Assembly: GCA_054600435.1 (NCBI GenBank)
Contig: BAAIJX010000018.1
Span: 124,001-188,000, forward strand
Direction: 5' to 3'
Length of the DNA stretch: 64,000 nt
From: Neophaeotheca triangularis
Lineage: Eukaryota
Positions within the stretch are counted from its first letter, which is position 1; each line of letters opens with the position of its first letter. The position numbers and the translations under genes are program-made. Of the stretch, positions 1 to 13,993 are shown in pieces. The notes beneath the pieces are model-generated. The model did no database searches. It was given only the letters and a program-made list of their open reading frames with translations, and was not told the origin of the DNA.

Positions 1-969
1 GGCCTGATATCGCCTGAGAAGCATCTTCCTTGAGATGTATTGTATGAACACTTCTCAAAAACTGACAGATTTCGCTACTCTGGCGTGATGGGTGACTTCA
101 GCAAAGCAATAGGGGCTGAAGGCTTAAAACTGGTAAATAACCTTTTCCCCTTATAATCGTTTGCTCTCCATGGTGATCCTCTCACGAAACATTCCCGGAG
201 CTAGCTCCAATCACCCAACTTACCGACTTTGGAGACTGATCTGCGTGACTGCGTCCGCGCAGCCCGGCCATATCTCAGGAACGCGACATAATGTAGGGGT
301 GGAGGCCGGACGGCACGCAATCGCGATCGCGTGTTGCTTGTGCTCCTCGAGGTTGCACGCAACTAAGCGCTCACAGCGATTGCCAGGTACTAGACCAATT
401 GATCGTCGAGCCTGGATGTGGTCTATTTTCCAAGCGAGATTTCGTACGACGCGGCGACGACGCTCCTTGCTACTTTTGACACAGACGGCAAATGTTCATG
501 CTGAGTGGAATGCGGGTGGATGCTCCCTAGGGTTAGAGTTTGGGTTGGAATGCACCTTTTTGATATGTATCCAGCAGGTGTTGTGGCCATGGATCTATCA
601 TGTGGGAATAGCTCTTCGTGCTGGGAATAGCTAATGAGTATCTTCTCGCGTTTATAGGCGGAATGAAGGTGATGATGTCTGATCTGAGGCATTCAAGGTG
701 GTCGAATACCTACAGGCATGCACCGTAGTAGTTCTAGGCGCTCACACAATATTTTCACGCGGCAATGGAGCAATGAGACTTGAAAGGAACCAAACACGTT
801 CGTACTGTATGCCGTTGCTAAGTAGATTACGACGTGGCAGCACGCTGTACCGCTGCCTTGCAATCAATCCACGACACTAATCCTACAGTCGCACATTTTC
901 AGCAGAAACAAACCCTCTTAGCTAAACGCCCAATATACTCTTCAATCCGGTAGGGTATCACAGAGAACA

Positions 970-3900
970 CTAGCCGACATCACCGTCAATGACGGCAAGC
1001 CTTTGTTTAACCGTCTTCGCCTTCTTGCTCATACCACCAGCACCCCCCTTCTTCTTCTTCGAAGGTGGCCCGTCGCCAGCGTCGACCGGGGTGGCGGCAC
1101 CTGAAGGTTCATGAGAAGCGTCTGCGAAGTTGCCCTCGCCTATGGGAGAAGAGTCAGTATCAGAGTCCAGTCGAGTTACATGGAGACCTTTGTCCAGCTG
1201 TGACTCACCTTCATGGTACATGTCATCCATGGACATTTCTTTACGCTTGCTGGCCCCACCCGGAGCTTTCCGTTTCTTTCCCTTGCCGCCTTCCTTTGCC
1301 TCTTGCTCCACAACTTCCGCCTCGCGCTTCTCAATCTTCTCCGCCTCATCTTCGTCTGCGAGCCACATGGCAATCTCTTTGGTACGGTTGTTCTCCCTGC
1401 TCCTCGAGTTGAAATCGACGACGTTGCCTTCGCGTGCGGCCTGACCGGATATGACGACACGTTGCACCTCCTCCTTCTGGAGCGCCCGCTTCCGAATGCG
1501 TTCCTCGATGGTACCCCGAGTGATGAGCCTGTAGACGGTAACCTGACGAGTTTGGCCGAGACGATGAGCGCGGTCCATGGCTTGAGAATCGATGGTAGGG
1601 TTCCAGTCCGAGTCGTAGAAGATGACGGTGTCAGCAGAAGTCAAGTTGATGCCCAGACCACCGGCTCGCGTGGATAGTAGGAAGACGAAGATGTCTGGCG
1701 AGCTTTGGAATGCGGCGACGGTGTCGCGACGGTCCTCTAGCTTTGTTGAACCATCCAAGCGACAGTATTTGTAATTACGGTACGTCAAGTACTCCTCCAT
1801 GAGGTCGATCATGCGTGTCATCTGGAAGTAGAGGAGTACGCGATGTCCGCCCTCCTTAAGCTGTCGCAGGAGCTGATCGAGTTTGGCAAGCTTGCCAGAG
1901 TCCGTGACGAAACGACGCATGCTCGGAACTTGTATCTGGGTGTAGCGCTGCTTAGTGGACTCTGGAGCCGGGAGAAGATTCGTCACCGGGTACTTGGAAG
2001 GGGGAATCTTGGACTCGAGGATAGCAGCCTCAGTGGGCAGGTTGATGGGGAAGAGCGCGCGCCGAAGCGGTACGTTGAAATAGATAGTTTCCATCTCTTG
2101 CAACGCGTGAGCACTTGGGCACACCAGCTCAATAGGTGGAGCTGCCGCGGGCTGTTGGAAACAGGTCTCAATGACCCCATACCCGGTTGACTTGAGACTT
2201 TGCTGGGAAACATTGAAAAGGCCGTGAAGGCGACCGGTCTCCATAATCTCTGCGAGTGGCTTTCTATCATGGCGATCCACTATGTTCAGCATGTCGTGCA
2301 GAGGCGTGTAACCGGCATTCTCACGCTCATCATTGTCATCGTAAGCAACCTGAAGTCTCGGCAAATGGCTTTCGGGCTGCTTTGCAAGGTCGATGGCGCG
2401 TTCGATCAAAGATTGGCGCGCAGTGTTGGCAATGTCGCTGCCACTCTTGCCGATGAATCTCAGCCAGGAGAAGGCGCCGCTCCCGGCCGAGTTGTTGGTG
2501 ATGTGTCTTTCGTCCCAGATACTGAGATCAGTGCCTGTGGCCTTGGCGAACCATCCAGCCTTGGAGTTCTGAGGCCCAGCAACGCTGAGATTACCTCCGT
2601 CTTCGGCGAGCATCCTGGGCAACCAGTACTCAATCTGGTTCCGGACCGAGTAACTGACATTGACACTGTGGCCCTCGCGCATGAAGCTCGCCGTCTCAGC
2701 AAAAGCTGTCAGCGAGAGCGGACTCCGAATCTCCGCGCGCTCGAACAAATCCGGGTGATTGCAGACCTTTCTGAATTGCATGACGAGGTTCATCAGCGTG
2801 GCGGTGTCCTGGTCATCACCAACTGCAGCCTTCTCGATAAGATCCATGATGCTAATCTTATTTCGAAGGTTGTTGTAGTAAGCACGTTGCCGGTAGGTAA
2901 GATCGCAGAAGACATCTTCTTCGATCTTGTCGCCGAGTTCCTTCTGAACGTGTTTCTTCACTCGCCGCAGCATGAAGGGCTTCAAGATCATGTGCAAACG
3001 ACGGAGTTGATCCTCGTTGAGCTTTGTGTTGGATTGCGCATGGTTCTCAATGTCCTTTGAGAACCACTCCGAGAACTCATCGTGGCTGTCGAAGAGAGAG
3101 GGCATGATGAAATGCAGCAGAGCCCACAACTCTTGCATGTTGTTTTGGATGGGGGTTCCGGTAAGCAAGAGGCGATTCCGGCAATGAAAGCCGAGCAAAG
3201 ACTTCCAACGGCTCGATTGCGAGGATTTGATTGCTTGCGCTTCATCCAGGATCATGTATTGCCATTTCACCTTCTGGAAGTACGCAGTGTCTTGCACCAC
3301 CAGCTGGTAAGACGTGACGAGCACATGGAAAGGAGAATCGCGGTTGTAAGTAATGTGTTTGCGATCCCAGAACTTCCGCAGCACTTTGCGGTCTTTCGCA
3401 GAGCCCCAGTATGGAAGCACCTTGATATTGGGTACGAAACGGGTAATCTCCTGCTGCCAGTTGTGCAAAGTCGAAGCGGGAGCAATGACGAGAAAAGGCC
3501 CCCATATGTCGTGCACCTCGGCAAGGTAGGCCATGACTGAGATAGACTGCACGGTTTTGCCCAGTCCCATCTCGTCGGCAAGGATGCCGTTGATGCCCTG
3601 CTCGTACAGGTTGACCAGCCAGTTGAGACCTTTGAGCTGATATTCTTTGAGCTGACAATCCAGCATCTTTGGCTGAGGAATGTCCATGCTCTGCAAGGAA
3701 GTGGGGTTCTGGAAGTTGAGTTCGCCTTCTTCGTCCATGGCTTGCTGTGCGCTAGACATGTCTGCATCTTCGTTACCCTGCTTGTCAAATGCGCGGGCGC
3801 GGTCTTGCGCTTCCTGAACGGCGTGTTGTGCGTTTGCCATTGCAGCTTCCTGGAGAGCCGTTTCGTCCTCGGCGTCAAAGTCCAGATCTTCGAAGTTGGT

Positions 3901-6399
3901 GACTTTTGTACCAAGGTTGCCAACACTCTTTCCGACGTCGACGGTGTGCTCCGCGCTCTTGTTCTCCTTGGTAGTCTGTCCACTTGCGTGCACATCACCG
4001 TCAACGCCGTGCTTCTCGATTTCGTCAGTCTTGACTTTCTTCCCAATAAAATGGGAGTAGAGTTCCGTCTGAGAAATCAGAAAGTTGAGCTTTCTCTTTT
4101 GTCTGTTGGCCTCACGCTCGGCTTCTTGTTTGCGAGCCTTGTCGAGTTCCTGGCGCTCGGCAACCTTGCGGCCTTCACGCTCATCACGCTCGTTGCGTTT
4201 CCAGAAGCCCAGCATCTCTCGCATTGCCCTCTTGGCCCTAGCAGCGACGTCCTTGGTGCTCTTGTTGGTCCGCAACTGCCACCTTCTGGCTTCTTTGGCA
4301 GCTAGCTGCGCAGTCTTACGGGCATTGGAATGCTTCGTGTCGAGACTGTTATTCTTGATACGCACGACCTTGGGAATTTGCTTTGCCAAATCGCGCGTGA
4401 TCTGCTCGTAGATCTGGTTGTAGCCCTTGCTCTCGAACTTGGCCATGCCGCTGAGACCAGCAGTAGGCTGAGTGTCGAACTGAGCGGGTGTCATCTCGCT
4501 CAAAGGTTCGGAGTCTTCACGTTCGCGGAGAACTTTGTCCTGAGTACCTGCGTAGCCTTGTAGCCTTTCCTCTTCTTTCGGCGCAAGGGGGGGTAGGTCC
4601 TGCCCAGCATCCATCATGAGCTGACCGCGCATCGCGGCATCCTTTTCGGCCTGCTTTTGCTCTTTACTCTTCCTAGCCCTCCCTGCACCGGCACCAGCGC
4701 CACCTCGTCCACCGCGGCCGCCGCGACCTGCTTTGCCACCAGCGGGAAGCTCCGGGGTTTGCTCTTCAAGCTCGCGCTCTCGCTCCATGAAGCCGCGGCT
4801 ACTGCCTCCGTAAGGGTGGTTGTTGTTACTGTAGAACGAGGTCATCAGGCCACCGTCCATGTTCACCTCCCTTTCGCGCCTGCCAAGTGCAGGGTTCACC
4901 GGCGACTCGCGCAGCGCCTCCTTAGTAGGTATGTTCCCAGTAAGACGGTCCTCGGTATCACGAATCTTCTTATCGTGGCGTTGCAACTCCTTCTCCAGGC
5001 GCACCTTCTCCTCATAGTCGGTGGCATTCCGGAGCTGTTGAACAGCCTGATCGCGCTTCTCTTTCTCATCCGCCAGTGCCTTTTCACGTCGTCTCTTTCG
5101 TTGCTGGTCCTTCTTGCGCTCCTTATCTTCTTCGATTTCTCTCTGGCGAACTTCTTCGGCGACCTCGCTTTCATGTGTATCAATATATGCTGCTCTCTCG
5201 GCCTGAGCCGCGCCGTCGAAGTGGTCGTGCATCTTTTGCATGATGGCAGTTCGTCTACGTTTGCGCTTCATGCTTTCCTGTATGCCGAGTTCTAGCGAAC
5301 GCTTGAGCGATCTGGCAGCCCACTCTGCCTTGGGCACTTCGAGGCCTGGCACATCTTGCTCGACATCGGACAGATCCTTGGCTTGAATCTCGGCATACGC
5401 GGCTTCTGTGTCACGAACAGTGAGACCTGGAGGGCCAGTGGGCGCCTGGACAGACGGACGTCTAGCGTGCCCCGCGGCCTGACGTTGTGTTGGCGTTTGT
5501 GGCGGCAACTTGTGCTCTTTTTCCCCATTTGCTGATTGGTGCGCGGAGCTTCGGCGCTCGACTGGCTCCTCTTTGACACGTGAATTGGATACGCTCGAGG
5601 TGCGGCTCGCCTGGCGGCTATTTGACTTTCGCGGAGGAGCCTGGGGGGGAGTTGCTGCTTTCGCGGGAGGCGGAGGTGGAGGTGGGGGAGCTGAAGTGGT
5701 CTCTGGTACAGTGGAGTCCGAGAGCATGTTCATTACGGACATGGGATTGCTCGCTCGGGTTGGTGGAGGAGGTGGTGGTGGTGGCAGGGCAGACTCCTGA
5801 CTTGCATTGTGCGAATGTGTACCATTGCTTCTACCCTGGTCCATGTAACCGGATGAAGGTCGAGGGTCTGCCGATACTGAAGGGTGAGCATGTGATGGTA
5901 GAGACGGTGATGACTGGCTCGGATGACGACTGATGCCTTGGCGAGGATGTTGTGAGCCGTTCTGGTAGGACTGAGTCGGATGGTTGTATTCAAAGGAGGT
6001 ACGGCCCTGCGAACGGGGAAGGTCAGCGTTTCGGGGAACATTACTTGCGCCGTAAAAGGGCCAAGATACCTGCGCCGGAGAACCAGGCTGGTAAGTTGTG
6101 CCGTTCATGCCTGCGTGCTCATTGGCCGCAGATGTTCTGGCTTCACTCGTGGGATCGTAGTATCCATATGTTGGTCGGTCCCTTACACCGAGTCCGGAGG
6201 AAGAGCGCAGATCACGAGTCGAGTTGGGTGAAGGTGGTTGACTGTGATACTGGTAGTGGTGGCTGGGCGATTGCGGTACGCCGGCGTGTTGGTTGTAGGT
6301 ACCGGAGCCACTTCTGGCATGGCGGTTCTCGATTGGGGTGTAGGTGTAAGAATGACCAGGAGGGCGGCTAGGCGAGTGGTGTTGAGGGTGTCCGTCCAT
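970..6399 (-). CDS. INO80: Chromatin-remodelling ATPase Ino80 (Snf2 family)
   Basis: Has the DBINO region ([19 protein letters not shown]), [12 protein letters not shown], a DEAQ box, a split ATPase with a long insertion and helicase-C ([11 protein letters not shown]). Probable in-frame introns at 6007-6069 and 1140-1208. The ATG at 6399 is a best guess for the start. Confidence 0.96.
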   Translation of the reverse strand: MDGHPQHHSPSRPPGHSYTYTPIENRHARSGSGTYNQHAGVPQSPSHHYQYHSQPPSPNSTRDLRSSSGLGVRDRPTYGYYDPTSEARTSAANEHAGMNGTTYQPGSPAQVSWPFYGASNVPRNADLPRSQGRTSFEYNHPTQSYQNGSQHPRQGISRHPSQSSPSLPSHAHPSVSADPRPSSGYMDQGRSNGTHSHNASQESALPPPPPPPPTRASNPMSVMNMLSDSTVPETTSAPPPPPPPPAKAATPPQAPPRKSNSRQASRTSSVSNSRVKEEPVERRSSAHQSANGEKEHKLPPQTPTQRQAAGHARRPSVQAPTGPPGLTVRDTEAAYAEIQAKDLSDVEQDVPGLEVPKAEWAARSLKRSLELGIQESMKRKRRRTAIMQKMHDHFDGAAQAERAAYIDTHESEVAEEVRQREIEEDKERKKDQQRKRRREKALADEKEKRDQAVQQLRNATDYEEKVRLEKELQRHDKKIRDTEDRLTGNIPTKEALRESPVNPALGRREREVNMDGGLMTSFYSNNNHPYGGSSRGFMERERELEEQTPELPAGGKAGRGGRGGRGGAGAGAGRARKSKEQKQAEKDAAMRGQLMMDAGQDLPPLAPKEEERLQGYAGTQDKVLREREDSEPLSEMTPAQFDTQPTAGLSGMAKFESKGYNQIYEQITRDLAKQIPKVVRIKNNSLDTKHSNARKTAQLAAKEARRWQLRTNKSTKDVAARAKRAMREMLGFWKRNERDEREGRKVAERQELDKARKQEAEREANRQKRKLNFLISQTELYSHFIGKKVKTDEIEKHGVDGDVHASGQTTKENKSAEHTVDVGKSVGNLGTKVTNFEDLDFDAEDETALQEAAMANAQHAVQEAQDRARAFDKQGNEDADMSSAQQAMDEEGELNFQNPTSLQSMDIPQPKMLDCQLKEYQLKGLNWLVNLYEQGINGILADEMGLGKTVQSISVMAYLAEVHDIWGPFLVIAPASTLHNWQQEITRFVPNIKVLPYWGSAKDRKVLRKFWDRKHITYNRDSPFHVLVTSYQLVVQDTAYFQKVKWQYMILDEAQAIKSSQSSRWKSLLGFHCRNRLLLTGTPIQNNMQELWALLHFIMPSLFDSHDEFSEWFSKDIENHAQSNTKLNEDQLRRLHMILKPFMLRRVKKHVQKELGDKIEEDVFCDLTYRQRAYYNNLRNKISIMDLIEKAAVGDDQDTATLMNLVMQFRKVCNHPDLFERAEIRSPLSLTAFAETASFMREGHSVNVSYSVRNQIEYWLPRMLAEDGGNLSVAGPQNSKAGWFAKATGTDLSIWDERHITNNSAGSGAFSWLRFIGKSGSDIANTARQSLIERAIDLAKQPESHLPRLQVAYDDNDERENAGYTPLHDMLNIVDRHDRKPLAEIMETGRLHGLFNVSQQSLKSTGYGVIETCFQQPAAAPPIELVCPSAHALQEMETIYFNVPLRRALFPINLPTEAAILESKIPPSKYPVTNLLPAPESTKQRYTQIQVPSMRRFVTDSGKLAKLDQLLRQLKEGGHRVLLYFQMTRMIDLMEEYLTYRNYKYCRLDGSTKLEDRRDTVAAFQSSPDIFVFLLSTRAGGLGINLTSADTVIFYDSDWNPTIDSQAMDRAHRLGQTRQVTVYRLITRGTIEERIRKRALQKEEVQRVVISGQAAREGNVVDFNSRSRENNRTKEIAMWLADEDEAEKIEKREAEVVEQEAKEGGKGKKRKAPGGASKRKEMSMDDMYHEGESQLDKGLHVTRLDSDTDSSPIGEGNFADASHEPSGAATPVDAGDGPPSKKKKGGAGGMSKKAKTVKQRLAVIDGDVG

Positions 6400-7431
6400 T
6401 GTCGTTGTTTGCTGGAGGTTGCGCGGCGAGGCGACGTCGGCAGTCTCGTTCGTCCGGCCAGGAACTCCCAATCACGTTCTTATCTAGGGGAGCTCAAGCA
6501 TCGCCGACTCTTTTCGCGTAGTAGGATTATCAGCGGCCTGGACGACGGGGACGACGCTAGGAAGGTTGGTGTGCAGCTCAGTCGGCGAGTGACTACTAGA
6601 CACTGAGACGTGACGGCGCATACAGCGGTGGTCCCGTCGCGACAGATTGCGGCGAAGGGGTGTCTTGGCGAAGTTGCTGCGGAGGAGGATTCGTCGATTG
6701 GGCGATATTGATGAAGTCGATATCACGGGCGGACGACGAGGTGGTGTTGATGGAAAAGTGCGGGATGGAGGGATGGGAAGATGTCGATGTTGGGTGGTGA
6801 TAGTTCTGTTTTTGGAGGGGAAGTAGTGCCGTCTCTCCAGCTGACATGATGATTGCGATTTGGCGAGCCTTGACGGTCGAGGGCTGCTGCTGTTGCGGAG
6901 CTACTAGTAACCAACGTTGCTGGCTGTGCCTTTGCTTCATTCCGTTGCTACTACTAGTACTGCTCCTCCTACTACTGTTCAGCCTACTCCTCCCACTTTA
7001 CGCGTCTAGCTACCAATGCGGGTTAATTCGAGCTGTAATAGTAACTGTAATCAAAATAACAATTCAGTATCACATTATTGTATTGAATGATATTGACTAA
7101 ACGGTAGTGGATGTAACGTTATGTATCGAGTGAGTCCGTCTTGCCCCGGGCGCGCGAACACATGGACAATAATTCCCGTGGCGCGCCGTGTTCCATCGAT
7201 AATTGCAGCCAACAGCCTTCCCCTTCCGGCAGCCAGCCCGCCAGCTCTTTCGCTTTAAAGCACGGGACAAGCCGACTCCCGTCGCCCACCTCACTCTCCA
7301 ATTGGCTAGCCGCAACTTTTCAGGCACGTGAAGCTTTCGAGACTACTCTGAATCTTTTCTACCCACCTGCCAATCCATCGTCTTTGACACACCACATTGC
7401 CTCGTTACTTGCCTCGCCGTGCTGTTTCGCC

Positions 7432-8429
7432 ATGGCTTCCGTATACAAGTCTATGTCCAAGTCCAAGGTCAACGGCTCCGAAAAAAACGTCGCGCAAAAT
7501 GGCCAAGACGTCCGATCTAAGAACCGCCAGCGAGTGCTCATGCTTACTTCCAGAGGCGTCACATACAGGTACTAACTATACGTGCGGCTTGACCAAGACA
7601 ACTTGTCCCATGCTGATCAATCTGTAGACATCGTCACCTTCTCACCGACCTCCACCAGCTTCTTCCGCATTCCCGCAAGGACGCCAAACTCGACACCAAG
7701 ACCCAGCTCTCACAATTGAACGAACTTGCCGATCTCTACAATACAAACAATATCCTCTTCCTCGAAGCACGCAAAGGCAAAGACCTCTACCTCTGGCTCT
7801 CCAAACCGCCCAATGGCCCCACCATCAAATTCCACGCGCAAAACATTCACACGATGGAGGAGCTGAACTTCCCCGGCAATTGCCTGAAAGGTTCGAGACC
7901 GGTATTGAGCTTCGACGGCAGTTTCGAACAGAGTGCGAGCCTACGTCTATGCCGGGAAGTGTTGAGCCAGACTTTTGGCGTACCGCCCGGCGAGAGAAAG
8001 AGGAAGCCATTCGTGGATCATGTCATGAGCTTCACGGTGATTGAGGACAAGATTTGGATTAGATGCTACCAGATCTCCGAGACCGAGGCGGTGGCTGCAA
8101 AGCCTGTCGGAGAAGCTGCTGCTGAGGGAGCGAAGTCGAAGAAGACTGGTGAGACCAGCATCACTTTGTCGGAGATTGGACCGCGCTTCGTTCTCACGCC
8201 AATTGTCATGCTCGAGGGCTCTTTCGGCGGTCCTGTCATCTATGAAAATAAGGAGTTCGTCTCGCCCAACCAGGTGCGATCTGAGCTGCGCAGGGCGAAG
8301 GCAGGGAAGTACAACAGAAGAGCCGAGGGCATGGTGGAACGCAAGGCTAGGCACAGGGATCTTGGCTTGAACACTGGAGAGGGAACGAGGCAGCGAGATG
8401 CCCTGGACGAGAGGGAGCTTTTTGCTTGA
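7432..8429 (+). CDS. BRX1: Ribosome biogenesis protein Brx1 (Brix domain)
   Basis: Exon 1 MASVYKS...QRVLMLTSRGVTYR, intron 7569-7627, then HRHLLTDLHQLLPHSRKD...EIGPRFVLTPI..LEGSFGGPVIYENKEFVSPN. Confidence 0.95.
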
Positions 8430-9175
8430 TTCGCTCACGTTGACGAGAGCGACTAGTCTTCACACGGCTTTCGCCAAGAGTAAGGCACCAGTCTCACGGC
8501 ATTCGAACGAGGTAGCGATGGCGTTTGGAGTTATTCTGGAAGTGGTGGAGTTCCAAGGGCGGAACAGCGGAGCGTTCGCGCTATTGCAACAATCTCAAGC
8601 GGAAACTCCAGCAAGCCCACGGGGGTGGCGCGAAGGATGACGAGGACGGGGTATTTGGGTTAGCGATCCAAGACCAGCCTCATCTCATGCATAGTGCTGA
8701 GGTACCAGGGTGGCTATGCCGACATGAGAGCGTGTTCCCGCGCTGCTCAACAAGCTACGCGGCGTCGCTTGGCTTTGTAGCTGCAGAAGCAACGCCATCA
8801 TTTAATCTGATGTAGTCGTGCTGCATGTATAAAAGCTCAATGAAGCGGCGCTCGGACCATCGGGATTATCCGCACTTTTCACCTGCCCTTCGGTGAGCGG
8901 GCAGGCTTTTGTGAAGCGCGTCACGTCGCAAGATCTTGCCTTCAGTCCGCCACCAACAAACCATCAAAACAGTCGCTCAAAATTCACCAAATTCATACTG
9001 ACATCAAAACACGACTCGACAATACTTTCCATACTAATATTGACGATATTATGTCGTCGTAAAGGCGTGTTGTGATGGAGTCCAAGTTTTGTTGACTTCC
9101 GACCGTCGCCGGCTGAAATCGGGCTTGCTGCCTTAAGGCATCGACGGGCTTCACGCTTGCATACATAAAATAATA

Positions 9176-11071
9176 ATGGCGACACGTGCAAACACTGCTC
9201 GCCATGTGCGGCAACGCAAACTCAACACAAAACAGGGCCTTCGCGTCCTCGATGAAGAAGAGGTCGACGAAATACCCGATGAAGATGCACAGCCCAACAT
9301 TCCCCAAGTCGAGACCGGCGTCGAAAAAGGAGAGGAAGTGGTATGCATCCTTCCTGCACCTGCACGAACATGAGCCGCGCAATACTAACCCGCGCCAGGA
9401 ATATCATCTTCAAGCTATCCTCAACGCATCCACAGCCGCTGCTCTCGGCGCCAAAACCGAGAAGGTAGCAATCCCGACCCCTCACGCCGACGAGGCTCGA
9501 GATGTCCAGTACACGAATGTGTACACCAGGCTATTCGCCAAACCAACCACGTACATCCGCTTCAGCTCTACTGTCGAAGATTGCATAAGCGTACATTACT
9601 GCGCTGACGATCAGGACCTTACGTTCCTTGCCAAACTCAATGATGGCAAAGACGTAGAGGGCCGCAGTCGTAAAGACAAGCTCGGTCAATGCTCTGAGGA
9701 GTTGTTCGAAGAGGTCATGAATTTCTTCGAAGAAACAAGCCAGCGTGTGCAGCCATTTGCCACGGTCGACAATGCGCCAATATTGCCATTGGACGAGCTC
9801 GAGCGGCACATTGATGACACCGTGTCGCTTGTGGCGCAGAAATGGTTCGACTTGATTTACCAGTACTGGGTCACGCGAAAAGGCAGTCGTCCGCTTATGC
9901 CCACCATCAAGGTCAAGGTGCTCGACACAACTTCAGAAGCAGACGACGCTGATCCATATGTCTGTTTCCGGCGTCGCGAAGGCCGCCAGACGCGCAAGAC
10001 GAGAGGTCGCGATAACCAAGTGGCCGACAAGCTCAAGAAGTTGCGATTGGAGCTAGAAGAGGCCAGGAATATCCTGCGTCTTGTTGTGACCAGAGAACAA
10101 GTCAACAAGCAACAGCTAGAGGTCGAGCGCAAGGTTTTCGAAGATAGAGGCAAGCTCAAGAAGGTCAAGGTCGAGAAGCAAATCGTCGGCGAGAAGGACG
10201 AGGACTTGCTTGTCAACCAAAAAGTGAGACACACCTCTGCGCTAGATCTTCCCATGCCATTTACTGACTTCTACAGCCGGCGCCAAAGAAGAGCAGGCAG
10301 GACAATGGACAACGTCCACCGACGATCCGCATTCGCTCAGGAGGCGAAAAGCAGGCACCGGAAAACGACCTCGTTACGCTCGAGGATGTTCATGGCGAGG
10401 CGAGGGCGGCAATCGACCAGAGCGTGGAGCAGCGCAAGGAACAACACAAGCGTTGGAACCAGTCCTGGGTGGACAGAACGTGGCATCCCATCACGCCACC
10501 GCCAGACGCGGATGCAGTTCCTCAGAAGTGGGGTCCACTATTCAAAGATGGGGCGTCATACCCCTCCCCACCTCCCACGATACCATCCGAAGGCTCGCAA
10601 GAGGCCGAGGATACCGAAATGCCAGAGGCACCCCCAGCAGACGAAGATGCTACCACGGGTGCCGAGCAAGACTTTAGGATCTTCAGCGTTCCTGGCGCAT
10701 ACCCAGAATCCGATGTTGAAGAGGCACCGAAGCGAGATCCAAATCCAGCTTGCCGCCTGCGCTACGGCCGTGGGGGCCGTTGCTTCCTCGAAAGCCGAAA
10801 TAAGAGGCGCAAACTGGCGTCTTTTGACCGCGGTGTCGTGTCCGATTCCGACAGTGACGAGGAAGACGGCAGTGTTGGTTTCTTCGGCGTGCCAGACCGA
10901 ATCACCTTTGATTATCGAGTGGCGTTGACCAGCCGGGCCAGGACAGACTCTGGCATGGGAGGTGGACGTCAGCATACCAGCAATGAGACCGGAACCGGTG
11001 GCCATGGCCAGTCCAATCACCAGGCGGTGGCCGTGACGGTGCAGCGGTCTACACCAAACGGTTCGAGTTGA
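9176..11071 (+). CDS. EPL1: Enhancer of polycomb-like protein, NuA4 subunit
   Basis: RHVRQRKL, IPQVETGVEKGEE-EYHLQ, YIRFSSTVEDC, DPYVCFRRRE..QTRKTR and RLRYGRGGR motifs. Introns 9341-9398 and 10224-10276 join three ORF-track frames. Confidence 0.93.
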
Positions 11072-11209
11072 ATATGTCGTCGGCAGGCGACCAGATCGTT
11101 TGTGAGAGGTGACACACGGGACCCAGAAATTGCTCGTTCGGGGTGCCGCTTGAAAACTCCCAAGCGGTGTATTGTAGTGTACAACAAGATACGAGCTTCA
11201 GATACCCCT

Positions 11210-12663
11210 TTAACCAATCTTGCGTCTTTTGCCGCCTCGTTCGTCACCAGCATCTTTAGTAGCCTCGTGCGTGGCCCTGCGCAAGATATCCTTCCGCCCT
11301 TCGTTCCCTTCCGCATAGAAGCCGGCAAGCTCTGTCAAGGCTGTTTTCTCGCCCTGGACGACTTGGACAGCCATGTTGCGTCGGTATGCGGCCTGCGACT
11401 CATCCTCGCTTTCACTCAGCTCGCTATCGACCGGGTACTCGGCCAATCTGTTCAATAAAACATCGAACAACAATTGTTTAGATTCCTCCAATGGCTCGGG
11501 CTTGGGTAGCTTATCCTTCTTGCGCAATTTCTCGAAATCCTCCTTCGACATGCTCAGTGCATTGAGCAAGATGGCGAGCTCTTCCGGCACGGGACCATCC
11601 TCGCTGTCCAGACGATAAACATCGTACTCCTCATCCGCTACTCCCTGCTCTTCCAAGTAGGCGTGCCTCTTCTTCAATGCCTCGACTTGTTGACTTCCTG
11701 CACGCTGCGCCGCGACTTCCAAAATCAACTGCGCCGAAATCTCGCACACATCGTACTTGGCGTAATTCCCGGTGACATAGCCGTATCTCCTCAAAACGTC
11801 TGCACGCGGCAATGACCCGTAATCGTTGAAGATTTCTTCTTCCCTGGAAATAGGCACGATAGACTTCATCACAACGGCCTCGTCCTCGTAAAAAAGCTTT
11901 GCATTGTTCCGATCGGCGTCCGCATTGAGCATGTCGGCTAGCGGGACCATACCCTTCGAGGCGGGTGCTCCTGCGTCCGAGTCTTCTTCCCAACCATCTT
12001 CTTGCTCTTTCTGCTGTTCGGAAGTGGGTTCGAGGTCGAAGGCGTATGCCATGATTGTCGAAGCCAGGCGGTGGCAGAGTTTGAGTAGATCCTCGTCCGT
12101 GAGGCCGGTCGCATTAAAGATCTCTTGGTGGTTCCGCACCACTGGAAGAATCTGATCGCGGAAAGTGGCATCGGCGCTCTGCTTGCCTATCTTGTTCGGA
12201 AGGGCGCTGCCTTTGAGGTACCGCAGCTCGTCCTCCGTCCAGAATATCGGGGTGTCGAACTCAGCGGGCAAGACTTCGAGGTATGGCGACCATGCTGAGT
12301 TCCCGCCTTGCTGGTATTCGTACAGCATGGCGAGTATCGTCGATAGCCATGAGTCCTCAAAGGTAGTCTTGAGATGGGATGGTAGACCAGAAGTTTCAGC
12401 GGTGAGGATCGATTTGCGAGGAATGGTGAAGAGCGTCTCATCTTCGGCGATGTCAGACAGGGCAACTGTGAGGTGGTCAATATCAATCTGCGATCACGAT
12501 TATACCGGTAGACAAGGACCATACCGACACCTCGTCCTGCTTTGCGGCCTCTCAGATCGGCCAGTTGGATTTTCTCGGAAATCGTGGTGCCATTTCGCTT
12601 CAACCAGGCGAGAAAGTGATTCGAAGCTGATCTGAACGAGTCGTCTAGGTCCATGCTGCCCAT
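11210..12663 (-). CDS. SET-domain protein-lysine N-methyltransferase (Rkm4/SETD6-like) with Rubisco-LSMT substrate domain
   Basis: LADLRGRKAGRGVVA, IMAYAFD, GMVPLADMLNAD, EIFNDYG..P..D.LRRYGYV; intron 12466-12524. Confidence 0.88.
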
Positions 12664-12877
12664 TGTACTTTCGTTCACCGAGTTGATTCACTTGGAAAGG
12701 AACGTGAATAGATCATAAATGTAATTGGCGGTGTTATAAGTGCCAATCGATAAGCCTCTCGTCCTCGTTGGTCCAAGCTTTAGTTTCCCGACGACTGTCG
12801 TTGTGCTCACGACTTTACATATGTCTCCCTCGTGGATGGAATACACAGGCCACTCTTTAACGACGACCCTATCCTCA

Positions 12878-13993
12878 ATGCTCTGCTGCAGACATGGTTC
12901 TGCACCGCTCAACATCTTTGGATTGGAGAGATCGTCCGCCTTGACGTTGCGGTCTGCGAGTTCCAAAGCAGGGCCTCACTCGAAAGTCATCTTCTCTGGC
13001 ATTCAACCTACAGGTGTACCGCATCTTGGAAACTACCTGGGTGCACTACGACAATGGAAGAGACTGCAAGATGAAGCCTCGCCTCAGACAACTTTGATCT
13101 ATTCATTAGTCGACTTGCACGCCATCACCATCCGCCAGGACCCATCACAACTACGACAATGGAAAGGGGAGAGCTTGGCCATGCTGCTAGCCATTGGCCT
13201 GGACCCCAAGCGCAGCACAATCTTCCACCAGAGCGATGTCCCTGCCCATGCCGAATTGATGTGGATCCTGTCATGTCAGGCGAGCACTGGCTACCTTTCG
13301 CGCATGACACAATGGAAGGATAAGACGGCCGGGGAGAAAGAGAACAGCGAGAAGCTGAAGCTGGGTCTGTTCTCTTACCCAGTATTGCAAGCTGCCGATA
13401 TCCTGGTTCACGGCACAACGCATGTACCTGTGGGTCATGATCAGGCGCAACATCTCGAGTTTGCGCGTGAGATTGCGAACGGCTTCAACCACAGTTTCCA
13501 GACAGAGTGCCTTGTCCCCCCAGAGACAATGATAAGTCCTGCCAAGAGAGTCATGTCCCTCACCGACCCGGAAGCAAAGATGTCAAAGTCGGCTTCTAAT
13601 CCAAAGTCCCGCATCTTGCTTACCGATTCCAAGGAGGCGATCGCAGCAAAGCTGAAGACGGCTGTGACCGACTCCGTCAAGGGTATTTCCTACTCCCCCG
13701 AGACAAGACCCGGCGTTAGTAACCTTCTCGACATACTGTACCACTCGCGCTCGAGAGACGTAAAAGACCAAATGGAATTAGCGCAGGGGCTGGGGGATAT
13801 CAGCATGCGGGTATTCAAGGAAGAGGTGGCTGCTGCTGTGGAAGAGACTGTAGGCCCGGTAAGGGAGCGATATCAAAACTTTATACAAGACGAAGCGATG
13901 CTCGATGATGTTGCCAGTGAGGGAGCGGAAAAAGCTCGGGCTAGCGCTGAAGAGACGATGTTGGAGGTGCGCAAAGCTGTAGGGCTACGATGA
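12878..13993 (+). CDS. MSW1: Mitochondrial tryptophanyl-tRNA synthetase
   Basis: FSGIQPTG.PHLGNYLGA (HIGH-like), YPVLQAADIL, VPVGHDQAQHLE and KMSKS, giving a bacterial-type TrpRS. The start is uncertain. Confidence 0.93.
   Translation: MLCCRHGSAPLNIFGLERSSALTLRSASSKAGPHSKVIFSGIQPTGVPHLGNYLGALRQWKRLQDEASPQTTLIYSLVDLHAITIRQDPSQLRQWKGESLAMLLAIGLDPKRSTIFHQSDVPAHAELMWILSCQASTGYLSRMTQWKDKTAGEKENSEKLKLGLFSYPVLQAADILVHGTTHVPVGHDQAQHLEFAREIANGFNHSFQTECLVPPETMISPAKRVMSLTDPEAKMSKSASNPKSRILLTDSKEAIAAKLKTAVTDSVKGISYSPETRPGVSNLLDILYHSRSRDVKDQMELAQGLGDISMRVFKEEVAAAVEETVGPVRERYQNFIQDEAMLDDVASEGAEKARASAEETMLEVRKAVGLR

Noticed and set aside
161..880. Short ORFs at the window start
   Set aside because: Mostly non-ATG starts and no motifs; probably intergenic or UTR.
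2200..5295. Long antisense ORFs opposite INO80 (likewise opposite eRF1, RPT2 and others)
   Set aside because: Expected shadows of GC-rich codon usage on the coding strand.
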